DNA of 60,243 bases from Nemertoderma westbladi (taxonomy: Eukaryota; Animalia; Xenacoelomorpha), in NCBI GenBank assembly GCA_032718475.1, contig JAUCBJ010003610.1:1-60243 (forward strand). Reading direction: 5' to 3'. Shown here one piece after another: positions 48,398 through 60,243 of the stretch (position 1 is the stretch's first letter; every line of letters starts with the position of its first letter). The position numbers were made by a program, and so were the translations under genes. The notes below the pieces were generated by a model. The model had not been told where the DNA came from, ran no database searches, and saw nothing but the letters and a program-made list of their open reading frames with translations.

Positions 48398-49357
48398 TCT
48401 TTATTGACAACTCAACTATTTTCTGTCTATACCTAAGAGCTGATAAGGAAGTGTAGACTCAGCCAGCAGCGCTGCTCCTACAAGGCAAAGGCAGGCAGGA
48501 GGGGTGTAGTCAAAGTCAAGAAATTCCGCCTGGATGGAATTCTATCTCAGACAGCCCTGCACTCCAACGTTCCTACTCCACAGCTAGCTGCTGCAGCACA
48601 GGCAGGAGTTGTTATTTTACCATTGCTTTTAATTTCGCGACAAAATAATATCAAAAAACTAAATATATCGAATACCACACATAGAATCGATCTGATATTT
48701 TGTAACGCGATTATGAACAACCAAAGCAATGTACTTGCAAAATTTCATCAAAATCGCCAGGCAGGAAGTGCCTGAACCTAGATAATTATCAGTCAGTCAG
48801 TCAGTCAGTCAGTGTTATATATCCTGAGATTTTTACAGTAAGTATCCTGCAGATTTTTACAGTAAGTATCCCGCTGTCGAGCGGGCTCCTAAATATACCA
48901 CTGCAGTAGGACTATATTATTATTCAACGAATCATTGGGCTGATTATTTTGTATAGGATATATGTAGAATGTTCTTAAAAATAATATTATTATTTTTTTA
49001 TTACATAGGATTAGCATCATTTTTTAGTTGAAGCATTAATAGTGTAATTTAATTTAATTATATTTTAATACCATTACTACATTGGCATACTGTAAGATAA
49101 AGTTTTAACATTTCTTACAAATAGTGGTGCGAGCATAAAACTGAAATCACGCAAATTTAAAAGAACCGGGTGTGTTGTCATAGCAAAGTTTCATTTTTTA
49201 TTATGTGGGACGAGCCGCAAAGTCAGCTAGCAGCCGCACGCCTTACAGTTTAGACAATTGTTTAGTTTACTTACTGCTGACTGACAAGGTTTATTTGTAA
49301 TAGTCTTGGCTAGGATTCTTCCCCCGGGCTCCTTCCAGCCAGCTTGCTGGCTTTCTA
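48398..49357 (+). mobile_element. Helitron-like repeat, copy 3 (X then Y, with Y internally deleted)
   Basis: Possible A|TC 5' end at 48398; ends GCCAGCTTGCTGGCTTTCTAG|T; lacks most of module Y's middle. Confidence 0.72.
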
Positions 49358-49556
49358 GTATACAAGTAAATATTGAATAGTTCTCAATTGAATAATAAGA
49401 TTTCAGTACGAAGTTGACGCGTGCATCAAAAGAAATATAACATCATTACAAATCGTTACTTTTCAGTTTCTGAACTCCAATTGAACTGGTTAATGCTTGG
49501 GACGCCATTCAAACGTCCAAGAACATTAACGGGAAATTAAATGATACCATTTTAAT

Positions 49557-49559
<3 letters not shown>

Positions 49560-49600
<41 letters not shown>

Positions 49601-49604
49601 CTCT
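49560..49604. repeat. (CT)n microsatellite
   Basis: Seen directly. Confidence 0.95.
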
Positions 49605-50814
49605 AGATAGCCGATTTCTAGTTGTGCCGACGCACTATTTGCTCAGAGTTGTGCCCTTTCAGTGGGACTGATTATTTGAAAATTGTGGTGACATTAATTC
49701 CTGTGCTACCACTAGGGGGTGTGGTGTATAATGTGAGGGTAATGTGAGGGAGTGTGATATTGCTTTTTCGTCTTTGGTTATTTATTGATATTAAGTTTAT
49801 TTGACTGTAGGCACAACTTGGTGTCCGGAAACATCATATCTCTTGTATGATTGAGGGGAATAACAAATTGGAATATTTAAAATCGCGATGTTATATTATA
49901 GTGCTTTTAATGAAACATCGAATATCACTAATTTTTAATTGTATAAGTTGTTGAACAAATTATATGAATGATGAATGGGAAATTATTCTTATTATATTTT
50001 TATTATAAGGTGGTTGATAAAGCAATTTCCAGGCTCAATTTCTTTGTAAATGTACGGTCTCAGGAATTCTTAGCATGCGAGTATTCCTAGCCAGTGGGTA
50101 TTCTTAGCCTGCGAAACAATAACGTTTATTGTTTTGGTTCCCCCAATACTCCTCTGAAACCTGCTCCTTTGCTAACCTGCTCCTTTACTAACTCGCAATT
50201 TGAATCGCGAGATTTGAATCGATCGCGAAATTTGAATCATTGCTTCACGAAATAGAAGAAAAGGATTATTGTAATATTTCGTTTTATTCCATATCGTAAC
50301 ATCCAATCTTTTAACACCCTATCTCGTATAATCATGCCTCCCCCCATCTCGTAGCACGTAATGCATTATTGTCAAAAAATTTGCAAAATAAACTTGGTCT
50401 CTAATCCGATCTATAGACTCTTGGGTGTCCACAACGGTATTAGTACATAGAACAACAGATTGGCAATAATAATTTGCTACAAGCGTGCAATAATAAATAC
50501 AAAAGGGTGAGTACAAAACAAATACACAAGACCCAAAAACTTAAGACCTGTACGAAACACATGTGATAACTTTCGTTTATTGTTTTGGTTCCACCAACTA
50601 TGACTATGTAACCTGCTCCTTTACTAACCTGCTCCTTTAAATGCCAATGAGACCTAACGCTCTTTGGGACCTAACGCTACTTTACCTCTTAGTTTTGTAA
50701 GTCCTTGGTCTTCGTTTTGTACTGACCCAGATACAAGAGCAGAAAACCAGCTATATCGTCCTGCTACAACGTCATTAACTTCAGCAACTGTATCATAGAC
50801 CTATTTGCCTTTAA

Positions 50815-51513
50815 CACTTTGCGTACCAACACGGTACGAGTTCATCACACGTATTGTCACGACACGTACTCGTGTTCATAATTCATGAAAATGCTCATAA
50901 TGCCGCCTTTAAATACTGTAATTATAACTTAACCCCCATGGCAGCAAAGTGCCACCTTTACATATATATAATATTATCCTGATCCCCAGGGTAGCAGTGT
51001 TTCGCCTTTATATAATTATAACCTAACCCTCATGGCGGCAGAGTGCCGCCTTTACATATATTATCCTGACTCCCATGGCGACAGGGTGCCGCCTCTTTAT
51101 AAAAACCTCTTATAACTTTCTTATAACTTCTTATAACCCTATTATTGGGGCGGATAAATGGAGTTCATATTCGTGTCGTGCAGGAAAAACTGGTCTAGAA
51201 AAATTAATTTATTGCTTGAAGGGATTCCTGTTGGTTTGATTAATTTTAAATTACATAGTTTATGCAATTTAATTTAAATTTAGCCAATAATTATGTTACA
51301 AATGATTAAGGCTGCAGTGTGCCCCCCGGAGTTCAAATGAAAGATTTATAAATTTCGAAAATGGTTAAAGGCGGCAGTGTGCCGCCTTTGAGGGTAGGAT
51401 AAGTAATAATATGGTTATCCTCTTTATATATAACAACAAAATAAACCTTGGTACGATCAAATATACTTTCTTGGAAGTAAAAATCTTTATCTTTATCTTT
51501 GGTACACAAAGGG
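50815..51513. mobile_element. Decayed piggyBac-like MITE
   Basis: TTAA|CACTTTGCGTACC ... GGTACACAAAGGG, with internal GTGCCGCCTTT repeats; the right TTAA is not preserved. Confidence 0.4.
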
Positions 51514-51614
51514 CTACACTCTTAAAATTTAATAATAGTTTGAGTAGGTTCTCGAGAATTTCGTTGCCATATTCGTAAACATGACGATTGTAATGTTGTG
51601 ATAGACATAAGAGC

Positions 51615-52674
51615 TTAGGGCGGTGCGTTTTTTACTTTTTATCGATTTCATTGTTCTACCGGTGCACAAAAGTTGCCAAATGGTAAAAAAATAAGGCAAA
51701 AAAAAAATTCTTTAAATTTCATCTATATCTTCACGGATCCCAAGAGGGTTGAAATTTTGTGCCATCGCGATGCACCATAATGAAATGTATAACAATATAA
51801 CACATTGATGAAAGATCAATGACTCAAAAAAGAACTTCCTGCATGCATCAAATGTCATGAAATGGGTCCAAACCTTAGTTAGATACCAAAATTTTAACTT
51901 TTGGGTCAAGGGAACTAGTGCCACAGGCACATGGCCAGGACCTACCATTTGGCGCAAGTGATGATAATTCTCAATTTTCGCGATGGCCAACTTTGAGTTC
52001 TCCTACTGCATTAATATTATGCTCATTAGAACCACAATGTCCGATTTAGTGGGGGTAGACACCTTCAAAACAAACGTAGAGCGAATAGTTCTTGAAATAT
52101 CGCTGAAAATGTGAAGTCCGGCACAAGTCTACATTACCGCCTTGATGTGATATGGACAAATACACAATAAATGATATTTTGAATTATCTCAAGGAATCAA
52201 ATTCGCTCTATGCTTATTTTGATGGTGTCTACCCCCACTAAATCGGTCATTGCGGTTCTAATGAGCATAATAATAATGCCGTAGGAGAACTAAAAGTTGT
52301 CCATCACCAAAATTGAGAATAATCATCACTTGCGCCAAAGAGTAGGTTCTGGTCATGTGCCTGTGGCACAACTTCCCTTGATCCAAAAATTAAAATTTTG
52401 GTATCTAACTAAGTTTGGACCCATTTCATGACATTTGATGCATGCAGGAAGTTCTTTTTTGAGTCATTGATCCATTTCATCAATGTGTTATATTGTTATA
52501 AATTTCATTAAGGTGCATCGCGATGGCACAAAATTTCAACCCTCTTGGGATCCATGAAGACATAGACGAAATTTAAAGAAATTTTTTTTGCCTTATTTTT
52601 TTTTACCATTTGGCAACTTTTGTGCACCGGTAGAACAATGAAATCGAAAAAAAGTAAAAAACGCACCGCCCTAA
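51615..52674. mobile_element. Foldback MITE with ~480-bp imperfect TIRs
   Basis: TTAGGGCGGTGCGTTTTT ... AAAAACGCACCGCCCTAA; arms complementary to about 52100/52200; AGAGC on both flanks is a candidate 5-bp TSD. Superfamily unresolved. Confidence 0.85.
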
Positions 52675-53417
52675 AGAGCATATTGCTTAAAATATATTAA
52701 ATATAATATAAATATAATTTGCTATACAAATTTCTGGCTGCTTATATTGCATGCATATAGTCCAACAAAATCAAATCAAGTCTCACACAGTCTCATATAG
52801 GAATAGGCAATCAAAGTGTAATCTATGTACCCCTTTCGATATCGCTTAATGCACTGAATTCTTAATAATAATATACAATTATTTCTTATATTTAATAAAC
52901 TGTAATTTTATTAGGAAGAACTTTCACCTTTCTGTAATATAGTATTACTTCTAAGAATACACCTCATTAGTAATAATAATGTTATAAGTTTAATTAGATT
53001 GTTTACTCGGGCAAATGGGTGGCTTTTAATATAAATGCTATTTAATTATTTATTTAATACTAAATATTATTACCCTTAACAAAGGATGTTACCCAATACA
53101 TGAAAACAATTTTTTTGCTCCAATCATGTCTTGATGAATAAAATATAAAAAAGTAGAAAGTTTCATGGGTGGTGCTAAAAATTCTGGAACATTTAATACA
53201 AAAATCGACACACCGGCACTATTAATGGTATAGTACCCTATTAATTAAAAGTATAAAGAGACAAACATTTACTGATAATTAATAGGTAGAGAACTATAGA
53301 GAAACCCCCCACACAGCACAAATATCAGTTAAAAATTATAAAATAGAGTTAAGTACAGAAGAGGCGATGTAGATTAATTAGCTGGTTGCTGCATATGACG
53401 TCCTATCCTGTCTGGCC

Positions 53418-53540
53418 TTATGGCAGCCCAGCACCACATTCCAGTCCAAGCCCACTTCTCCATTTGATGCGTGACCCACGAACGCAATGGGATGCGCCTC
53501 GGATAAGGGCAAACTGGACTCGTGTCCTACTCTTACTGTC
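53418..53540 (-). mobile_element. Extreme 3' coding fragment of a second CRE-like retrotransposon
   Basis: Minus frame RTRVQFALIRGASHCVRGSRIKW...* resembles the R-L-S-F-x-L-L-R...C-L-R-G-S-R C-terminus of CRE-type proteins. Confidence 0.5.
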
Positions 53541-53825
53541 TTACTCGGGTAATTTGGTTAGCGCAAATTTGCGGGATTTCCGGCATCGGGACCGGGATTA
53601 TCACTCTCGGGATCCCGTATGCGTAAAACTTAACTATAAATAAACTTCAATAAACACTATATTACGTAACTAACGGTCAACAGTCAAATTATTCATAAGC
53701 CACAATATTACTTACAAAATAATAAACTATCTTAATTCAATTTAATACGATGCAGAGAGGTTCCAACCACGAAGACTATAACAGTCTACAGTACGAAACC
53801 AAGACTTCTCCATTTGGCTGAATAT

Positions 53826-54185
53826 ATATACCATGCCTGTTTTGGCAAGTATATAAATATACCTTGCCTGTTTTGGCAAGTATGTTAGTATGCCTTGCCT
53901 GTTTTGGCAAGTATATAAATATACCTTGCCTGTTTTGGCAAGTATGTAAATATACCTTGCCTGTTTTGGCAAGTATATAAATACACCTTGCCTGTTTTTG
54001 CTAGTATATATATATACCTTGCCTGTTTTGGCAAGTATGTAAATGTGCCTTGCCTGTTTTGGCAAGTATATAAATACACCTTGCCTGTTTTGGCAAGTAT
54101 ATAAATACACCTTGCCTGTTTTGGCAAGTATATAAATACACCTTGCCTGTTTTGGCAAGTATTTAAATATGTATTGCCTGTTCTG
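53826..54185. repeat. 31-bp minisatellite (CCTTGCCTGTTTTGGCAAGTATATAAATAYA), about 11 copies, with an internal TTGCC/GGCAA dyad
   Basis: Period of 31 read directly. Confidence 0.95.
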
Positions 54186-54534
54186 GTAAGTATTTGAATT
54201 TGATAGAGTATATTATAAATATGATGGAAACTTCCTGTAAGTTTCACGTGTAAGACAAATGTTGAATAAATTATAAAACAAAATATTATTTTATGGCTTT
54301 TTCCCTGGAGCAAAGAGTAGTAACGCAGGAGGAGTAAACGAACAAATGTAATATGTCCTCTACTTAAAGTAATTGAATTGCCGTACTACTGTAATGAGAA
54401 TTTCAAAGATTTTTGAGTCAAATTTTAATAATATCTCGAAACAGGAAATGTCTACAAGGTAGGCCTACATCCTAAATTTGCATAGAGGATAAAACAAGCA
54501 GGAAACGAGCTGTATCAACAAATCAGGCTGATAA

Positions 54535-54775
54535 TATAACAAGTCAATTTATCAAGTCAAGTCAAGTTTGTCAAGTCAAGTGATGTCAAGTCAGTATGTC
54601 AAGTCGTATGGCGCCAAGTCAAACTACTATCAAGTCACGTGATGTCAATCAAGGCATTAATTATGAAGTAATGTCGTGTCCAATGATGTCAAGTCAAGTG
54701 TCATAAAACCAAGTGATATCAAGTCAAATAATTTAAATTGATAAAAAGTGTTGTAAAGTCAAGTGAAGTCATATA
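54535..54775. repeat. Degenerate (GTCAA)n-based repeat
   Basis: Same motif family as 57600-59430. Confidence 0.75.
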
Positions 54776-56689
54776 CCATCATGATATATGACCATGATGT
54801 CTGTCACGGTTTTCTAATTATTGAAATGGCTTCCGTCAATTTGTTTCACCCACTGCATCGTACCCATGTTGTGAAATTCCACCATAAGAGGCAGGCAAAG
54901 AATCGCAAGTTTTCTTTGTTTTAGCTTTTCCAAGGCTCGTCATTGTTAAAATTGATTTCTAATATTAAGGGGACCATTATCTGATATTCATGATTCTGTA
55001 TATAAAACAAGATTTTTCACAATTTCTCAATGTTGACATTTTCCACTGTCAATTTTTTTATTTTTGTCCAAAAAGTTTGAGTCTACTCTATATATAGCAT
55101 CTCTATATATATATAGATGTAACACGTAGCGAATTCGACATAAATGGTTATGTATAATGGCGTTTTAACGATTTTGGGAAATGTAACAAGGGCGTTATCA
55201 TGGATATCTGGGCGTATTGACTACTTGTAACGATTACGCCTTAGTGGCGCTCTCAGTGTATTTTAGGTCTAAAGTCAGATGTCACACACTATTTTTTTGT
55301 TCAACCAGTGCAAAGTACCAATGAACATAAAATTACTTAATCCACCACGAAGAAAGCTTTTTCTGTGCTAAACTGCTTCACTTATGATAAACTCGCTTGT
55401 AAATGGGTAGTTTCCATTAGATAGAGTAAATAGTCTAAGTGGATCGCCACTGTGTTGAATTAATGCTGGTAATAATGAACTGATATGATGGTATCTTGCC
55501 AATTTATTTTTATTATGGGGCTATGAATTATACAATATACTGTACAGTGTTCAGATTACAATCATCAGATTAAGATCATCATAATAAATAAACTAACTAA
55601 CTAATACTTTTAGATATTATTTTTGTTTTAAATATTTTATTCTCATTTAATAAAGGAAACATTAGTTAATGCTATCACCAAAATAATGTTGAATTGTAGT
55701 AAAATGATGCGATATATGTATGTAACATATTATGCCTTTTTATCATACACATGAAATATATATATATATATAGTTGCAAATGCGTCAAAAGTTAATAGCA
55801 TTAATTCGCCATTATATGCAATATATATAGCAAGAATGAATAATGTAACAAATTATGTAATTAGTACTGATGAAACACGTCTGTTGTATAAAAAATAAAT
55901 ATACAAGTTAAAAATACGTCCAAGAAACCTGTGGTGCAAATTCTTGTGTGATTTATTACATATGATAATAATGACTAATTATCTAAAAATGTGGGGTTTG
56001 ATCAAGAATCCGACCTACGGTTACAAAAAATAATTTTGTGTTTTTTTATTGATTCAAATACACATTTTTATGCTGAATCGAACACTGAAAACAGATTTCA
56101 AATCCGATAAAGATATTGAGTTTTGAAAATTAGTAGTCTAATGACCAAATATTAACAAAGTTTTGAGAAAAACGGCTTTAAAGTTATGAGAGTTTCAAAC
56201 GTTCCCGCCAATTTTCTGTAATTGGGGGGATTATTATGTAAACTTTTACGATATTTCAAAGCAGACTTGTAAAACATTAGGTACATACGTCAGAATTCAG
56301 ATACACATCAGTGTATGGAACTTTGGCGACAATATTTTAATTTGTATTTTTATTGGAGGTCACTCTGTCTGTTTGTCTGAATACTTGTCTGTTTCTCTGT
56401 CAAAAATGTAACAAATAAATAAATATAACACCACCACCTAAATTTTTTTGCTATTGGGTTTTTATTAGCCGATGATTTAAAATACGATATCGGTTTTCAC
56501 TATATATCGATTCTAGACGATTGTCTGCATGTCAGTCAGTCTGTCTGTTTTTGGTTTGTCAGTCTGTTAAAATTTAAGAAGTGCACAAACTGTTCAAAAT
56601 TTGTTTTATAAGGTTTTTCTGGGTGGTGATAACATTTAAAATGTCACTGGGTGGTAATTACAGTTAAAATTTCACTTTTCCAGTTTAAA

Positions 56690-57250
56690 GAAATCTAGAC
56701 TTTCTGTCTGTCTGTCTGTTTGTCTGTCGAAATTGAGAACTAAATCAAATTAACAAAAAAATTTATATATGGGGTTTTCTTGGTTGGTGATTTCATTTCT
56801 GATATCTATGTTTACGTTTGATTTATTATTTAATGTTTGTACGTCTGTCTGTCGGTCTGTCTTTCTGTCAAAATTGAGAAATAAATCAAATTAAGAAACA
56901 TATCTATTTATGGGGTTTTCTTGGTCGGTGATTTCATTTCCGGTAGCTATTTTTTTTACGTTTGATTGATTATTTAATGTTTTTACGTCTGTCTGTCTGT
57001 CGGTCTGTCTGTCCTGTTTGTCTTTTGTCTGTCAAAATTGAGAAATATATCAAATTAACAAATAATTATGGGGTTTTCTTGGTCAGTGATTTCATTTCAC
57101 CCACAAGCAAAATATTTTGTTACATATCATATTTCCCTACTTTTGACAGACAAACCGACACACAGACAGACAGACAGACTGATGGACAGTCTAGAATCCG
57201 TCAGCCGTGGAAAGTAACAATTGAAATGAAATCACTGAACAGGAAAACTC
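56690..57250. repeat. Three diverged ~140-bp tandem units with (GTCT)n plus an inverted partial copy; probably an old non-autonomous element
   Basis: AAATTGAGAA...ATGGGGTTTTCTTGGT..GTGATTTCATTTC repeated at ~56730, 56870 and 57035. Confidence 0.65.
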
Positions 57251-57599
57251 ATAGCGAAAATTTTCCTGTAGGACAAATACAATTATAGTATGTTGAAAAA
57301 GTAATAGCTTATCTTACAAAAAATTGACCACTTAAATTTATACTAATTTCAAAATAAGTGAGGTCTACAAAAAATCAAATAACTCCAAAACTAAAATAGA
57401 TATGAAAATTTCGTTTACTGTTTCATTATAAAATAATGCGAATTAAGCTATGTCTCCATTTCATGGTTTCTAAGTAAAAACTGTCTTCAACTGGTATTTC
57501 ATATAAAGTTCGTCGCTAATCTGTGTTGCTGTTTACTATCTATACATAGAGAGAGCGACCGAAACAACTGAATCCCATCTATCATTTCATTTCTACCAT

Positions 57600-59430
57600 C
57601 TTCATTTGACATACTTGACTTGTCATACTTGATTTGACATATCGGTACTTGACATGGCTTGTGATTTTTGGTTTGACATAATTTATTTGTCATACTCCAC
57701 TTGACTTAAAGATATAGGCCTATTTGATTTGATATACTTCTGTTGACATATTTACGTAACATACTGTACATTACTTGACTTGACAAATTAACATATTTTA
57801 CTTGACTTGAAATTATTGACTTGACATGACTTGGCCTGACATAACTGACGTGATATACTTGACTTCACTTGATATAAATGTGCTTGACTTGGCATACTAG
57901 ACTTCGCTTGATACACTTTACTTGACAAACTAGGACTTGACTTGACAAAATAATTGACCCGACATATGTACTTGAATTGACCAGACTTGACATACTTGAA
58001 TTGAAATTCATGACTTGAATTTCTTCCGCCAAGAGAAGTCAAGTGCCTCAAGTAATGTGATCACTTAAACAGGCTATGTCTGCTACAATATTTATGCATA
58101 AATTTTTTCATTGTTAAAACTTAATCGCATAATGGAACTATTTCGTCAATTGAAGCCGATAAAATGACAAGGGGGGCGTTCATAAAGTATGTCACGCACT
58201 AGGGGGGGGGGGGGGGGGGGGGGTAGACAGTCTTTTTTGCGTGACATTTTGTGACAGGGGGAGGGGGGTTCGACCTTAGTGACGGTCACGGCGATGTTCT
58301 ATGCTTTAATGTTAGCTTGGCTTTGACTTTCACACACATGTGTAGAAGAGTGGGTAACTTTAAGGAAAATAAATTCAATATCATTGAGTTTAATCGATAA
58401 ATTGAGTTGGACATAGAAGCCATTGACTTCAACACTGTGAATACACTTGATTCCGCTTACAGAATGTAGTAGTCATCCAAGCCTGTTATAGTAATCACTA
58501 AACTTGTCATAAGTTGACGTTAAGGCCTACTTTACTTAACTTGGAATACTTGACTTGAATTTACCTATTTGACTTGTCTTTACTGAAGAATTTCAAGTCA
58601 GGTCAATTCAAATATGTCAAGTCAAGTTTAGTATGTCAAGCCAAGTATATCAAGTGAAGTCAACTTTGTCAAGTCAAGTATGTCAAGTCAATTATGTCAA
58701 GTAGAATAAGCTAAGTCAAATACTGTATGTCAAATAAAGTACAGTATGTTAAGTAAATATAACCAGCCAACAATCTAAAAAATATGATTTTCAGTCTGGT
58801 ACAGTAGGCTAATATAAATAGGCTTAATGCATAATATGTCAGGGCTTAGAAAAAATGCGACTGATAGCAAAACTTTCCGCGATATGAAGACAAGCTTTGC
58901 ATGTGACGACGTCACATACAAAGCTTGTCTTCACATCGCGGAAAGTTTAAAAATAAATCTAAAGGGTTACAAATACGTCGTATTTGTAACCCTTTAGATT
59001 TATTTTTTATACGAAAGGCGTTTTAACAACACCGATTGGAGAATTTGTTACATTATATATTCCTATATATAAAATGTCGACTTGGATTATTTGTGGCGTA
59101 TTTGTGACTTTAAATGTTTATTTTTTCCTACCTTTGGCATTTCATCGACTTAAATTGACGAAATATAGTGGTGACAATGACAAAATGTATACATAAATAA
59201 TGTAGAAATCATAGCCTGTTTATGTTTAAGTGATCACTTTACTTGACTTAAAGTTGACGTACTTAACTTAGCATATTTGACTTCTTTTGGCAGAAGAATT
59301 TCAAGTCAAGTATGTGTATGTCAAATCAAGTATGAGAATTGAATTATATCAACTGAAGGATGACAAAGCCAAATGGGGTATATTTCAAGTCAATGCAATG
59401 TCAAGTCAAGTATGTCAGGTAAAGTCAAGT
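57600..59430. mobile_element. Old foldback-like element with TTGAC/GTCAA arrays in opposite orientations and diverged inverted arms (~58050-58170 vs ~59130-59250)
   Basis: GTGATCACTTAAAC..AGGCTATG and TTTCGTCAATT are complementary between the arms. A Harbinger-like end fragment (GGGGCGTTCATAAAGTATGTCACG) sits at ~58172. Confidence 0.55.
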
Positions 59431-60243
59431 CTCTGGCGATTGACTTTACGTATCATTGTTTACGTATCATCGTTTTTTTACATAGGCCTACTACAGTATG
59501 TAATGTAACTTGTTGGTCGTCAAAACATAATTTTATTAACGTCTGAAATGAAATTGTATGTTCAATGTTCGCATGTTTACCTAACGCTAACAAAGCACGG
59601 ATTAAGCTTACAAGGGGAATAAATGTGTGAAGAAAGGGGAAACTGAGTGACATGAGAGTTTATATCGTAAGTTCCCGTTTCATTCTTGCTGGTTGGTGGT
59701 ATTTGCGCATCGATTTTCCCTTGAAGTAGGTTAAATATTTCTTGCGTATATCCCCCCCCCCTTCCCATTTGAAATTGTCAGGTTATATAGTGATATAGGG
59801 TTTTAATAAAACAAAATATATCAAACTTGGTTGTGAATTAATAATTAAATAATAAATAAACAGAAACACAGAATAATCGGAATGTATAGTAGGCCTACAG
59901 TAGTTTTGCACTACTGTATATACAGTAGGCTGATATCCTACTCAATACAACTACTCTACTTGTACAGTACTTGAAAGTCAGTAAAGTTTACCTACACTTA
60001 ACAATTTTTGTTACATAATTATACTGTATAAAACTAACATACTGTGTTTTTTTAAAAGATCGTAAGTTTTGACGAATTTTTTCTTGACGAAAACGCTACT
60101 GTATACACTCATTATTTTCATGCGCTTTACAAAGTATCTTCGAATGTGTACAGAACGTCAATATATATTTGGGAACGAAATCGCCACTGCATATGTAAAC
60201 CGTTTTTACATATTCAATGGGCGTAAAAGGTTCGTTATACATA

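Noticed and set aside
53826-54185. CRISPR-like palindromic 31-bp repeats
   Set aside because: No unique spacers, no cas genes, and a eukaryotic context.
55867-55882. CTGATGAAACACGTC, a hammerhead-like core
   Set aside because: Stem II is absent and there is no convincing stem I; at most a deleted relic.

Overview
AT-rich, transposon-dense animal (probably invertebrate) genomic DNA; nothing suggests a prokaryote. The only clear host gene is an ABCA-subfamily ABC transporter on the + strand (exon 11019-11228 plus one 4.6-kb exon 12307-16910; its 5' exons were not found). There is also an orphan rhodopsin-type GPCR TM7/C-tail segment. Most of the rest is mobile DNA: (1) an intact-ended IS3EU-type DNA transposon (5351-10505, 6-bp TSD) with a DDE transposase and a zinc-ribbon/HECT ubiquitin-ligase cargo gene; (2) a very young BEL/Pao LTR element (25605-37349, 5-bp TSD) whose single ORF keeps Gag and protease but has lost RT, most of RNase H and the integrase core in frame; (3) CRE-like, Crack/L2-like and RTEX-like non-LTR fragments; (4) several MITEs; (5) three copies of a Helitron-like two-module repeat, one with a 1.7-kb perfect (CTGA)n; (6) large minisatellites, which produce most of the spurious ORFs in the track. 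The most interesting signal is non-coding. It is a retrozyme-like unit (38756-39319) with two identical 197-bp repeats, each holding a type I hammerhead ribozyme motif placed between tRNA A- and B-boxes, which predicts a 367-nt self-excised and possibly circular RNA. A second, Penelope-type hammerhead lies in the loop of a perfect 134-bp inverted repeat (25016-25396). All family assignments come from motif recognition by eye; no database search was run.
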